A stretch of 64,000 nt of DNA from Methanobrevibacter thaueri. Its GTDB lineage: Archaea > Methanobacteriota > Methanobacteria > Methanobacteriales > Methanobacteriaceae. Shown in pieces: positions 10,587-20,160 of the stretch (within the stretch, counting starts at the first letter, position 1; the number at the start of each line of letters is the position of its first letter). The position numbers were made by a program, and so were the translations under genes. The stretch lies in NCBI RefSeq assembly GCF_015062915.1, contig NZ_SUTJ01000003.1, forward strand, positions 33,525 through 97,524, written 5' to 3'. The notes beneath the pieces were generated by a model. That model ran no database searches. It was given only the letters and a program-made list of their open reading frames with translations, and was not told the origin of the DNA.

Positions 10587-11365
10587 AAGAAATCTAATGT
10601 TACTTTTTTATCTCTTTTAAGCTCACGAGGAGGTTCAACTGACACGAACTCAATGCCTTCCTCTTCAATCAGCTCCAAGGCATCATCCATGATTGATGGT
10701 GCAACAAGCAAACCCCTTATCTTTTTCTTTTCGGCGTTAACCTCTTTCAGATAATCGTTATCGGTGTTTTCCATATCCTGAATGTATCTTCTCAGCTGCT
10801 TAACCGCTGTGACTCCTGCCTTTCTGGCTTTAAGTTCAAGTATCATCAGGTTATTGTCACTGTCCTTTCCTAAAATATCAATGAAACCATGCTCGACGCT
10901 GTATTCACGTGCAGTAGGTGTGAATCCCTCTTCAATCATATGAGGCTTTTCCATAATCATGTCGCTCATGTCCTTTTCATATCCTGCCTGCTCAAGCTCT
11001 TCAAAGTCTTCCATATTCGCATAATTGGCAAATTGGATTGTTTTCACTTCCACAGTCAGCAGTTCCTTGGGAGTCCTTCTGTGACTTTCTAAAAATAGGT
11101 TATCTTCCCGGATGTATGCTCTTGTTTTTGATTTTGGTGGTTGCCAATTCACTGGTTCAACCTTTTTTTCCTGATGGATTAAAAAAGCGCCATCGGGCTT
11201 GATCATTATAATTCGCTCTCCCCAATTCAGTTCGCTTAATGCACGGCCTTCATAACTGACTTTACAGCATGCAAACAGTATTATTGTTGCCTTTTTTCTT
11301 AGGGCTTCCTGAACGAAGTCATATGCATCCTCGCAACTTGGTTTTTCCAAAATTTTATATTTCAT
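10583..11365 (-). CDS. nucS: Mismatch-specific endonuclease NucS/EndoMS
   Basis: YEGRALSEL, KPDGAFLIH, PVNWQP, GFIDILGKD and ELKARKAG motifs; PIP-box-like KVTLDFF C-terminus. Confidence 0.93.
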   Translation of the reverse strand: MKYKILEKPSCEDAYDFVQEALRKKATIILFACCKVSYEGRALSELNWGERIIMIKPDGAFLIHQEKKVEPVNWQPPKSKTRAYIREDNLFLESHRRTPKELLTVEVKTIQFANYANMEDFEELEQAGYEKDMSDMIMEKPHMIEEGFTPTAREYSVEHGFIDILGKDSDNNLMILELKARKAGVTAVKQLRRYIQDMENTDNDYLKEVNAEKKKIRGLLVAPSIMDDALELIEEEGIEFVSVEPPRELKRDKKVTLDFF

Positions 11366-11443
11366 CACAATAACATTGTTTAGTTTAATTTAAATAATTT
11401 GTTTTTCAAAGGAATATACATAATTTGCATTGGAGGAATTTAA

Positions 11444-12439
11444 ATTTACGATGATGAATACTTTGAGAGCAGGAATGAATATCACACAATGGATTCATTT
11501 CAATTTGAAAACGGAGATGTTTTAGAGGATGTTCAGGTTGAATATATGACATTTGGAACTCCCATTTATGATGAGGACAATAACATTAAAAATGCAGTCA
11601 TATATTGCCATGGGTCTCTTGGAAGATATTCATCAATGAAAAAGATAGCTCCACTGGTCGGCAAGGGGGACGCTTTTGATGAAAGCAAGTACTTCTTCAT
11701 CTGTCTAACCGCATTGGGCTCTCCAAATTCATGTTCACCATCAACAACCGGTTTGAAAAATAAATTCCCCAAATACACAATTCTTGATGTTGTAAATTTC
11801 CAAAAGCAGTTTTTAGCCGAAAAATTCAACATATCCCATGTTTTGGGAATGATAGGAAATTCCATGGGAGGTTTCGTTGCACTAACATCAGCAATCAAAT
11901 ATCCCGACTATGCGGATTTCATAATCACAGGAGTGAGCAGCTATAAGGTTGCCGGCCATGATTTCATCCTTTCAAAATTTGTTGATGAGATAATAACATC
12001 CGATCCCGATTATGCCAAAGGAGAGTTGACCTACTCATTGATAAGAACATTGAGGCTGGCTAATCTGGCTGAATTCAACTTTGGACTTTCAAAGGAGGCA
12101 TTGAGAGAAATGTCAAATGATGAACTGGCCAGTGAATTCGAAAACTTCGGCAATGAAATGCTTGAAGTCGACATTTACGATTTGAAATATTGCAACGAGT
12201 CCTGCATGTACTTCAATGTAGAAGATGACTTGGATAAGGTCAAATCTAAGGTTCTAATCATTTCCTGCACTAAAGACCCTCATTTCCCAACAGACCTTGA
12301 CGGCATCCCAATGAACAACATGATCAAGGATTCCCAGTTGATAGTGATGGATTCAAACTTGGGACATTTATGCTTCAACGAGCTTGAAAGCATTTCATAT
12401 GAGCTCAAAGAATTCATGGAGGAGTTTGATGATTGTTAA
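11444..12439 (+). CDS. Homoserine O-acetyltransferase-like alpha/beta hydrolase with intact triad; probable ATT start at 11444, first ATG at 11489
   Basis: YCHG, GNSMGG nucleophile, TKDP Asp and LGHL His. GGAGG at 11432-11436 lies 7 nt before an in-frame ATT. Confidence 0.8.
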   Translation: MYDDEYFESRNEYHTMDSFQFENGDVLEDVQVEYMTFGTPIYDEDNNIKNAVIYCHGSLGRYSSMKKIAPLVGKGDAFDESKYFFICLTALGSPNSCSPSTTGLKNKFPKYTILDVVNFQKQFLAEKFNISHVLGMIGNSMGGFVALTSAIKYPDYADFIITGVSSYKVAGHDFILSKFVDEIITSDPDYAKGELTYSLIRTLRLANLAEFNFGLSKEALREMSNDELASEFENFGNEMLEVDIYDLKYCNESCMYFNVEDDLDKVKSKVLIISCTKDPHFPTDLDGIPMNNMIKDSQLIVMDSNLGHLCFNELESISYELKEFMEEFDDC

Positions 12440-12701
12440 TATTACAGATTACGGATCAGGTGAGGTTAATTTTGTCGAGTACCAGGTTTCAGGATTATCA
12501 CCAGAACAGCTGAATTTCCTTGATGAAAATTTAGAGGAACAAACAAGCATTGTCGGTGATGATTTGATAATAAAATCTTATTTTGAAGATAAACTCTATC
12601 CCTTTGCAAGTGATGTGGCCCAGTTCAGGTTAGATGATTTCATTGCTCGTGAAGAGATTGAGATGAACGCTTTTTTATCCAGTTTTTTAGAAGATATGTA
12701 A
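12429..12701 (+). CDS. Conserved small acidic hypothetical protein (DUF5750-like)
   Basis: ATG 12429 behind GGAGG, overlapping the upstream stop. Ends EEIEMNAFLSSFLEDM. Confidence 0.75.
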   Translation: MIVNITDYGSGEVNFVEYQVSGLSPEQLNFLDENLEEQTSIVGDDLIIKSYFEDKLYPFASDVAQFRLDDFIAREEIEMNAFLSSFLEDM

Positions 12702-12821
12702 AAAAATCATATCTTGTAGATTATTATCACTAAAAGTTTTTCAATTGGATAATTTTTAAGTATATTTATATACTTTGTTTTAACTATTATTTATTATATG
12801 AACCTTTTATGATGTGATAAT

Positions 12822-13826
12822 ATGTACAGAGATAATGATGCATTCATAGGTTATGATAAATTCATATTGGATAAATTTGAATTTGAGTCAGGAAGGGTTC
12901 TTGAAAACGTTGAAATCGAATACTCCGCTAGAGGAACTCCCAAATATGACGAGGATGGTAATATATGCAATGCATTAGTTTATTGTCACACTTTCAATGG
13001 AAACTACTCTTCGGTTGATTATATACACAAGCTTGTTGCCGAAGGCAAACCGTTTGATTTAAATGAATTTTATATCATTTCAACAACTTCATTAGGATTT
13101 CCAGAATCCTGTTCACCATCAACCACTGGTTTAAAACATAATTTTCCAAAATACACAATTAAGGATAAGGTTAATTTTAAAAGACAATTTTTAAGGGAAA
13201 AATTCGGTATTGAAAAGGTTTATGGTATAATCAGTAAGGGTGTTGGAGGATATGATGCCTATACCTGGGCTTGCGAATATCCTGATGAAATGAAATTCAT
13301 AATGGTTGCAGGAAGCTGTTTTAAAACAAACGGGTATCGTTATGTGGTTTCCAAATGCATGGAAAGTATAATTGAATCCTCTGATGATTTTTACTCAGAG
13401 ATTTATAGCGACTCATTATCAAGAATGATGGTTTCAATCAACAGGCTATTGTATTCAAACTATTTCTCCAAGAAAATATTTTCAAACCTGTCCAATGACC
13501 AAATCGATGTATTGATGGATGATTTTGTAGATGAAGGATTGTTCGTGGACATTTATGATTTCAAATTGCGTAATGATGCGGTTCTGGAGTATGATGTTGA
13601 GGATAAGTTAAAAAACATTAAAGCCGAGACATTGGTTATCAGTTCAAATGATGATATGTATTACACTCCCGAATTTGACGTAATGCCCCTGAATGACCTG
13701 ATTGAAAACGTAACAATAGTGACTTTTGAAAGTGACATTACAAATATCAATTATGATGACGAAGCCATTGTTGAAAAAGAGATTGCAGAATTTATGGATA
13801 AGGTAAAAAATAAAAATAGTAGCTAG
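12822..13826 (+). CDS. MetX-like alpha/beta hydrolase paralog with degenerate catalytic site
   Basis: Shares SCSPSTTGLK and KFPKYTI-type motifs with 11444-12439. Nucleophile elbow reads SKGVGG and no C-terminal catalytic His is visible. Confidence 0.8.
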   Translation: MYRDNDAFIGYDKFILDKFEFESGRVLENVEIEYSARGTPKYDEDGNICNALVYCHTFNGNYSSVDYIHKLVAEGKPFDLNEFYIISTTSLGFPESCSPSTTGLKHNFPKYTIKDKVNFKRQFLREKFGIEKVYGIISKGVGGYDAYTWACEYPDEMKFIMVAGSCFKTNGYRYVVSKCMESIIESSDDFYSEIYSDSLSRMMVSINRLLYSNYFSKKIFSNLSNDQIDVLMDDFVDEGLFVDIYDFKLRNDAVLEYDVEDKLKNIKAETLVISSNDDMYYTPEFDVMPLNDLIENVTIVTFESDITNINYDDEAIVEKEIAEFMDKVKNKNSS

Positions 13827-13835
13827 TTAAACTAG

Positions 13836-14753
13836 CTATTTTGAAACGTCCAACATGTGTTGAACAGCTTTCCTAGATTTTTCAGCAACATCACTAGGCA
13901 ATGTGACTTCAGGAGCCTCATTGACAAGTGAATCTCTAATTTTTTCAAGGGTATGCAATTTCATGGTCTTGCAGATTGCCCCTTCAAGCAGAGGATATAG
14001 CTTTTTGCCCGGAACCTCTGAGTTGATTCTTGTAATCATGTCAACCTCTGTTCCAATGACAAATTCCTCCTTGTCGCTTTCGGCAATGTGTCTTAACATT
14101 CCACCGGTTGACATTACCACATCACATGCTTGCTGAACCTTAATGTCACATTCAGGGTGACAGATTATCTCAGCGTTAGGATATTCCTTTCTTTTAAGCT
14201 CAACATCTTCAATATGGAACAGTCTGTGAACGTAACAGTGACCGTCGCTAGGAACTGGAATGATTTCCTTATCGATTTTTTCTGCAACATGAGTTCCTAA
14301 GTTTTTATCCGGTCCGAATAGAATTTTATCATGAGGCAGGCTTTCAGCAACCTTGACTGCATTTGCGGAAGTGCATAATGTATCTGCATGCTGTTTTGCT
14401 TCAGCGATACTGTTCACATAAAGGATAACTCCTGCATCAGGATGTTCCTCTTTTGCCTTTAACAGTTCCTCTTCAGGAAGCATATGTGCCATTGGACATT
14501 CAGCTTCAAGGGTTGGAATGACTATTTTCTTGTCTGGATTCAATATGAATGCGGTTTCGGCCATGAAATCCACACCACAGAATATTACCAAGTCCTTGTC
14601 ATCAATTTCTGATGCTTTGATACATAATTCTAGTGAATCTCCAAGAAAATCAGCAATTTCTTGAACTTCTTTTGGCTGGTAGTTGTGTGCGAGGATTATG
14701 GCATTCTTTTCCTCTTTCAATCTTAAAATCTCGTCTTGAAGTGCACTACTCAT
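13836..14753 (-). CDS. nadA: Quinolinate synthase
   Basis: ILAHNYQ, FCGVDFMAE, CPMA, YVNS, CTSANA, CYVH, CHPEC, STGGM and CKTMK. Confidence 0.95.
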   Translation of the reverse strand: MSSALQDEILRLKEEKNAIILAHNYQPKEVQEIADFLGDSLELCIKASEIDDKDLVIFCGVDFMAETAFILNPDKKIVIPTLEAECPMAHMLPEEELLKAKEEHPDAGVILYVNSIAEAKQHADTLCTSANAVKVAESLPHDKILFGPDKNLGTHVAEKIDKEIIPVPSDGHCYVHRLFHIEDVELKRKEYPNAEIICHPECDIKVQQACDVVMSTGGMLRHIAESDKEEFVIGTEVDMITRINSEVPGKKLYPLLEGAICKTMKLHTLEKIRDSLVNEAPEVTLPSDVAEKSRKAVQHMLDVSK

Positions 14754-15501
14754 TCATCTCACCTAATTGATTAATATATTTTCTAATTTCATTTGTAATT
14801 ATTATCTTATATTCGTCTTTATCATTAAAGTCTTTTACCCAAAATGATACCTTAACCTTGCTTTGTTTAAAACTAATCTCTTTACTGTAAACATCTGGTT
14901 TGGGTTTGTCTGATATTTTAGGATAGCTCTCCATTCTTTCGATCAGGTATTTTCTGAAATCAACAATGTCAATGTCAAGCGGAAATCCTGCAAGAATATC
15001 GACTCTAAACATTTCGGGGTCTTTATATTCGAGATATTCATTGTTTGTCAATATTGAGTTCGGAACATGGTTCCTGACTCCATAATCATCTGTGATTACG
15101 GTTGACCTGAGAGAGACCTTTTCAACATAGCCCTTCTCTCCATTTATCTCAAGGGTATCCCCTACTTTTACGCTTCTTCCCAAAATCAAGAGCACTCCTG
15201 AAAAAAGATTTGAAATGATATCCTTTGCAGCAAAACTCACTGCAATACCTACAATACCTACACTCAACAAGGTTCCTGCAAGATTTATTCCAAAATACTG
15301 CAGTATCACCATCAATGCAATGAAATAAATCACATAAGTAATCATGTCTCTTACAAGATATGCTGCGGTCATGTCATCCTTAAATCTCTCTGCCTTATTC
15401 ATTACATATGCAATGAATCTAGTCATTAATAAAGTAACGCCTATTATAATCAGTATGCTGATTAAACTCATTGTGGTGTCGTTAATTACTGGGATATTCA
15501 T
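14746..15501 (-). CDS. mscS: Small-conductance mechanosensitive channel (MscS family)
   Basis: 3 TM helices; GIVGIAVSFAAKDIISNLFSG; VKVGD; VPNS. Confidence 0.88.
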   Translation of the reverse strand: MNIPVINDTTMSLISILIIIGVTLLMTRFIAYVMNKAERFKDDMTAAYLVRDMITYVIYFIALMVILQYFGINLAGTLLSVGIVGIAVSFAAKDIISNLFSGVLLILGRSVKVGDTLEINGEKGYVEKVSLRSTVITDDYGVRNHVPNSILTNNEYLEYKDPEMFRVDILAGFPLDIDIVDFRKYLIERMESYPKISDKPKPDVYSKEISFKQSKVKVSFWVKDFNDKDEYKIIITNEIRKYINQLGEMNE

Positions 15502-16397
15502 AGTACTATTTCCATTAAATCTTTAGCTATTTTAGTGTTGTCAAATATTTCACGGGCTTCTTTCAGCATGATATCAACATATTCCTTGCCGTATCTTGTA
15601 CTGATATGTGTCAGGACCAATTCCTTGCTGTTGGACTCCTTTGCAATGTATGCTGCATCGGTTGAAGTGGAATGGGCATGATCTTCAGCGTTTGTGCGCT
15701 CCTCTTCAACGAATGTGGATTCATGGATAAGCAATGTGCTGTCTTTTGCAAGCTCAATCATCTCCTCACAAGGTCTGGTGTCACCGGAATAGGTTATCTT
15801 AATTCCTTTTCTTGGCTTTCCTAGAACCTGTTCGGGCTTTATGATTCTGCCGTCAATTTCAACTTCCTCTCCATTATGAAGCTTTCCAAAGGCAGGTCCT
15901 ACTGGCACACCCAATTCAATGGCCTTTTCACGTAGGAAACGTGGCTTTTTCTTCTCTTCAATTGAATATGCAAGGCATGGAACATTATGCCTGACTCTTT
16001 GTGCTGTAATGATGTACTCTTCAGTTTCCTCGATGGTTTCTGTATCGATTTCAATCCATTCAACCGGAAAGTCAATAGCACAGTATCCTAATGAGTAGAT
16101 TGCATCCTTAATGTCATTCAATCCTTTAGGACCATAGATTGTCAATTCTGACTCTCTTCCATGCAGGCTCATTGACTGCAGGAGTCCGGGAAGGCCCAGG
16201 ATATGATCTCCATGATAATGAGTAATGAATATTTTGGATATTTTCATAGGACTTACTTTTGTGTAAAGTATCTGTCTTTGTGTCCCTTCACCACAATCAA
16301 ACAGCATCACATCCCCAAATGCCTTAAGGGCTATTGACGGATGATTCCTTTCTTTTGAATGGACTGCGGATGAAGTTCCTAAAAAAATTATTTCCAT
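15498..16397 (-). CDS. rnz: Ribonuclease Z
   Basis: FLGTSS, FDCGEGTQ, THYHGDH, YSGDT, HEST, AHST and LTHISTRY; GVPVGP exosite. Confidence 0.95.
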   Translation of the reverse strand: MEIIFLGTSSAVHSKERNHPSIALKAFGDVMLFDCGEGTQRQILYTKVSPMKISKIFITHYHGDHILGLPGLLQSMSLHGRESELTIYGPKGLNDIKDAIYSLGYCAIDFPVEWIEIDTETIEETEEYIITAQRVRHNVPCLAYSIEEKKKPRFLREKAIELGVPVGPAFGKLHNGEEVEIDGRIIKPEQVLGKPRKGIKITYSGDTRPCEEMIELAKDSTLLIHESTFVEEERTNAEDHAHSTSTDAAYIAKESNSKELVLTHISTRYGKEYVDIMLKEAREIFDNTKIAKDLMEIVL

Positions 16398-16465
16398 AAT
16401 GTAATCACTTTTATATTTCTTAATTTAATATATATTCATAATCATATTAAATTTTAGGTGATTTT

Positions 16466-17305
16466 TTGCAAAAAATTATTGAATATATGCTGGCTGAAGA
16501 TGAAGGATTTGGAGACATTACCTCAAATGCAGTTGTGGATGAGGACAAAACAGTAAGTGCATATATAAAATCAAAAGATGAAGGTATATTGGCTGGAATA
16601 AATGTCATACGTGACCTTTTTGAAGAGTACGGAGTTAAAGTGAACTTCTGGTTGGCAGAGGGAAGTGAAATATCAAACGGTGACATGCTACTGTCACTTA
16701 AGGGCGATGCAAGAACAATTCTCCTGCTTGAAAGGACTGCACTGAACCTGCTCATGAGAATGAGTGGAGTGGCAAGTGCGGCAAGATATTATGCTGATTT
16801 GGTCAAGGATTCAGATGTAAGAATTGCAGGAACCCGTAAAACATCTCCTGCAATAGGCAAATTTGATAAATATGCTCTTAAAGTTGGTGGTGCCGACACT
16901 CATCGTTTCGCCCTTGATGACATGGTGCTGATCAAGGACAATCACATTGCAGCATGCGGAACACCTCTTGAAGCGCTTCTCAAAGCTAAAGAGAACACCA
17001 GCTTTTCTAAAAAGATAGAAATTGAAGTTGAATCATTGGATGATGCGGTTGATTGTGTTCAAAACGGTGCGGATATCGTAATGCTTGACAACATGACTCC
17101 ATCTGAAGTTAAAGAGGTTATCGATAAATTGAATGAGTTAAACATTCGTCAAAACTCATTGATTGAAGTGTCTGGCGGAATTACTGATGAAACCATTCTT
17201 GATTACGCTAATCTGGGCGTTGACATTATCTCAATCGGTGCATTGACACATTCATCAAGAAGCCTTAATTTCAGCTTGAAGATAGAGGAATCACAGTCTC
17301 AGTGA
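16466..17305 (+). CDS. nadC: Quinolinate phosphoribosyltransferase
   Basis: GDITS, ERTALN, GTRKT, HRFALDD, KDNH, EIEVE, MLDN and SGGI; TTG start after AGGTGA. Confidence 0.95.
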   Translation: MQKIIEYMLAEDEGFGDITSNAVVDEDKTVSAYIKSKDEGILAGINVIRDLFEEYGVKVNFWLAEGSEISNGDMLLSLKGDARTILLLERTALNLLMRMSGVASAARYYADLVKDSDVRIAGTRKTSPAIGKFDKYALKVGGADTHRFALDDMVLIKDNHIAACGTPLEALLKAKENTSFSKKIEIEVESLDDAVDCVQNGADIVMLDNMTPSEVKEVIDKLNELNIRQNSLIEVSGGITDETILDYANLGVDIISIGALTHSSRSLNFSLKIEESQSQ

Positions 17306-18808
17306 TAACACTTCTTTTAACTCTTCATCACTCATTTCAGTAATGAATGTTTCGTCATTGCTTATGGATTTGCTTGCAAGGTCTGTCTTATGCTTGCTTA
17401 TTGCATCGATAGTCTCTTCAAGCGTTCCTTTGGTGATGAACCTATAAACCATCACGTCCTTTGTCTGTCCGATCCTGTGAACCCTGTCAGTGGCCTGGTT
17501 TTCAACGGCAGGATTCCACCATAAGTCGTAATGGATAACATTTTGAGCAGCAGTAAGGTTCAAACCGGTTCCTCCGGTCTTAAGTGTTGCAACAAAGATC
17601 TTATAATCATCATTCTCTTGGAAGGTATCTATGATTCTTGTTTTTTCCTTAAGGGTTTGTGAACCGTGCAAGAACAGCACTTCCTGCTTGAATTTCTTCG
17701 AAATCAACTCCTGAATCAGTTTTCCCATTTCAACGTATTGGGTGAAGATTATGACTTTCTCATCATTGTCAAGGATGTTTTCAAGGATATTCACCAGCAG
17801 TTCCATTTTTCCGGATTCAGAAATCTTCGGCTTTTTAATGTCCAGGAATTGTGCAGGATGATTGCAGGTCTGCTTTAGGGCAGTCAGAATCTTGAGGATT
17901 ATTCCCTTTCTCTGAATTCCCTTCGAGTTTTCAATATCAAAGAAAATCTCATCCAAAATGGCGTTATATAACTTAATCTGCTTTTTGCTTAAGCTGCAGT
18001 AGACATCATTGATGAGCTTGTCAGGCAACTCCTTTTTAATGTCATCATCAGTCTTTAAACGCCTCATTACAAAAGGCTTGGCTATTGTTCTTAGATTTTT
18101 TAAAGCATCCTCATCATCCAGTTTTTCAATAGGCATGACATAATTGCGCTTGAAATCATCCTTTGTTGAAAGATAGCCCTTGTTAACAAAATCAAATATT
18201 GACCAGTAATCCATCAGCCTGTTTTCGATTGGAGTACCAGTCAGGGCTATTTTTGTCCTTGCCGGAACCTCCTTTATCGCCTTGGTCTGTTCTGTATTCG
18301 GATTTTTGATGTTTTGCGCCTCATCAATTACGCATAAAAACCACATTTCATCCACAAACATATCCAAATCAAGCCTAACAACACCGTAAGATGTTAATAT
18401 GATGTCATATGACTCCAATGGAAAAGTCCTGTTTGATCCGTGATAAATGTAATATGTCAGGTCTGGAGTGAACTTCTTAATCTCGTTTTCCCAATTTGAT
18501 ATTAATGTCGGCGGAACAATGATTAGGCAGGACTTATCTTCCAAAAGCCCTTTTTCCTTGTAAAATAAGATTGCGGACAGGACCTGTATTGTTTTACCCA
18601 GCCCCATGTCATCAGCCAGGATGCTTCCGAATTTGTAGCGGATATTTTGAATCAGCCAGGAATATCCAATCTTTTGATAAGGCCTCAGCTCTCCTGTTAA
18701 TGTTTCGGGAGCATTGTAGATTTTGGTTTCGGTAATCAGCTTTTTAAATCTGGTGAACTCCGCAGGGGTTTTCAAATGCTTTTTAGCCAATCTTTCAGTG
18801 TTGCTCAT
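17291..18808 (-). CDS. Stand-alone SNF2-family ATPase/helicase
   Basis: LADDMGLGKT, DEAQ, LTGTPIEN, CNHP, GTGLNL, WWNPAVENQATDRVHRIGQ. Start at ATG 18808. Confidence 0.9.
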   Translation of the reverse strand: MSNTERLAKKHLKTPAEFTRFKKLITETKIYNAPETLTGELRPYQKIGYSWLIQNIRYKFGSILADDMGLGKTIQVLSAILFYKEKGLLEDKSCLIIVPPTLISNWENEIKKFTPDLTYYIYHGSNRTFPLESYDIILTSYGVVRLDLDMFVDEMWFLCVIDEAQNIKNPNTEQTKAIKEVPARTKIALTGTPIENRLMDYWSIFDFVNKGYLSTKDDFKRNYVMPIEKLDDEDALKNLRTIAKPFVMRRLKTDDDIKKELPDKLINDVYCSLSKKQIKLYNAILDEIFFDIENSKGIQRKGIILKILTALKQTCNHPAQFLDIKKPKISESGKMELLVNILENILDNDEKVIIFTQYVEMGKLIQELISKKFKQEVLFLHGSQTLKEKTRIIDTFQENDDYKIFVATLKTGGTGLNLTAAQNVIHYDLWWNPAVENQATDRVHRIGQTKDVMVYRFITKGTLEETIDAISKHKTDLASKSISNDETFITEMSDEELKEVLSLRL

Positions 18809-19062
18809 GGTCAAGTCCTTTAATATATTTTTAATTTAAATTTTGTCTCTGATTGCTTTTAAAAATTTTGCAGATGGCAATTGCGGAAATGTTCAACTAT
18901 TCTTTTTCAATTTGTTCAGACCTGAACATTAAATATTATTCAATTATATTCATTTTATTTTCCAAAACTTGAATCAAAATCCTAAAAAAACAAACTTTAA
19001 TAATATAGTAAAATAAAATATATAAAGGATAGAGAATTATATTTTCTTAAAATGGTGATTTA

Positions 19063-20145
19063 ATGGTAAAAATAGCTAAATTAGCTTTGGAAGATGGAAC
19101 TGTCTTAAAAGGTGAAGCATTCGGTTACGAAACCACTAAATTAGGAGAACTTGTTTTTTCAACAGGTATGGGTGGTTACACCGAATCATTAACTGACCCG
19201 TCTTTTAAAGGAGAAATTTTAATGTCCACTTACCCGCTAGAAGGTAATCACGGTGTAAGTGAGAAGTGGTATCAGTCTGATAAGATTCAGGTTGAAGGAT
19301 TTGTTTGTCGTGAGGTTTGTCGTGAAGTCTCCAATTTCGGACCTCAAAAGACCTTGGACGAATTTTTAAAAGAATTTAAGACTCCTGGAATCAGTGGAGT
19401 CGACACTCGTGATTTGACACTTAAAATCCGTGAAAGAGGTTCACTTAAAGCTGCAATCACAACAGAAGACATTGCCGATGACAAACTGATTGAAATGGCA
19501 AGGTCACAACCAAGCATTGAAGACGTTGACGTTGTCCCATTGGTATCCACAAAGGAAATCAAGATGTTTAACGAAGATGCTGACAAAAAGGTAGCATTAA
19601 TCGATTGCGGTGTTAAAAAGAACATTATCAACTCATTTTTAGAAAGGGATATTGGAGTAATATTATTCCCTTACGATACTGATTACAAAACAATCTTGGA
19701 TTACTCTCCAAATGGATTGATGATTACATCTGGCCCTGGAAACCCTGATAGGGTAACAGAAACTATTGAAACCATGAAGAAATTGGCAAACAGGTTGCCT
19801 ATTTTTGGAATCTGTATGGGTCAGCAATTGATTGCTAAATCTTTCGGTGCAAAATCATACAAGATGAAATTCGGGCACCGTGGTGAAAACCAGCCAGTCA
19901 AAGACCTGAACACTGGAAAGGTATATATAACATCACAGAACCACGGATTCACAATCGATAAGGAATCCTTAAAGGAAACAGATTTAGTATTGACTCACAT
20001 TAACTTAAATGACGGAACTCCTGAAGGTATTTCACACAAGGAATTACCTATGCGTTGTATACAATACCACCCTGAAGCAGGACCTGGTCCAAACGATACA
20101 AGAAATACTTTTGATGAGTTTAGCCAAATGATGGATGATTATTAG
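19063..20145 (+). CDS. carA: Carbamoyl-phosphate synthase small subunit
   Basis: [33 protein letters not shown] and QYHPEA. Confidence 0.97.
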   Translation: MVKIAKLALEDGTVLKGEAFGYETTKLGELVFSTGMGGYTESLTDPSFKGEILMSTYPLEGNHGVSEKWYQSDKIQVEGFVCREVCREVSNFGPQKTLDEFLKEFKTPGISGVDTRDLTLKIRERGSLKAAITTEDIADDKLIEMARSQPSIEDVDVVPLVSTKEIKMFNEDADKKVALIDCGVKKNIINSFLERDIGVILFPYDTDYKTILDYSPNGLMITSGPGNPDRVTETIETMKKLANRLPIFGICMGQQLIAKSFGAKSYKMKFGHRGENQPVKDLNTGKVYITSQNHGFTIDKESLKETDLVLTHINLNDGTPEGISHKELPMRCIQYHPEAGPGPNDTRNTFDEFSQMMDDY

Positions 20146-20160
20146 GAAAGGGGATTACAT

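Noticed and set aside
3858-18808. Lhr, NucS and SNF2 as a defence island
   Set aside because: They are scattered among housekeeping genes with no methylase, nuclease partner or operon link. Lhr and NucS are ordinary archaeal repair genes.
18815-18960. Possible remnant of a SWIM or accessory gene upstream of SNF2
   Set aside because: All minus-strand frames close within about 20 codons and show no recognisable motif.
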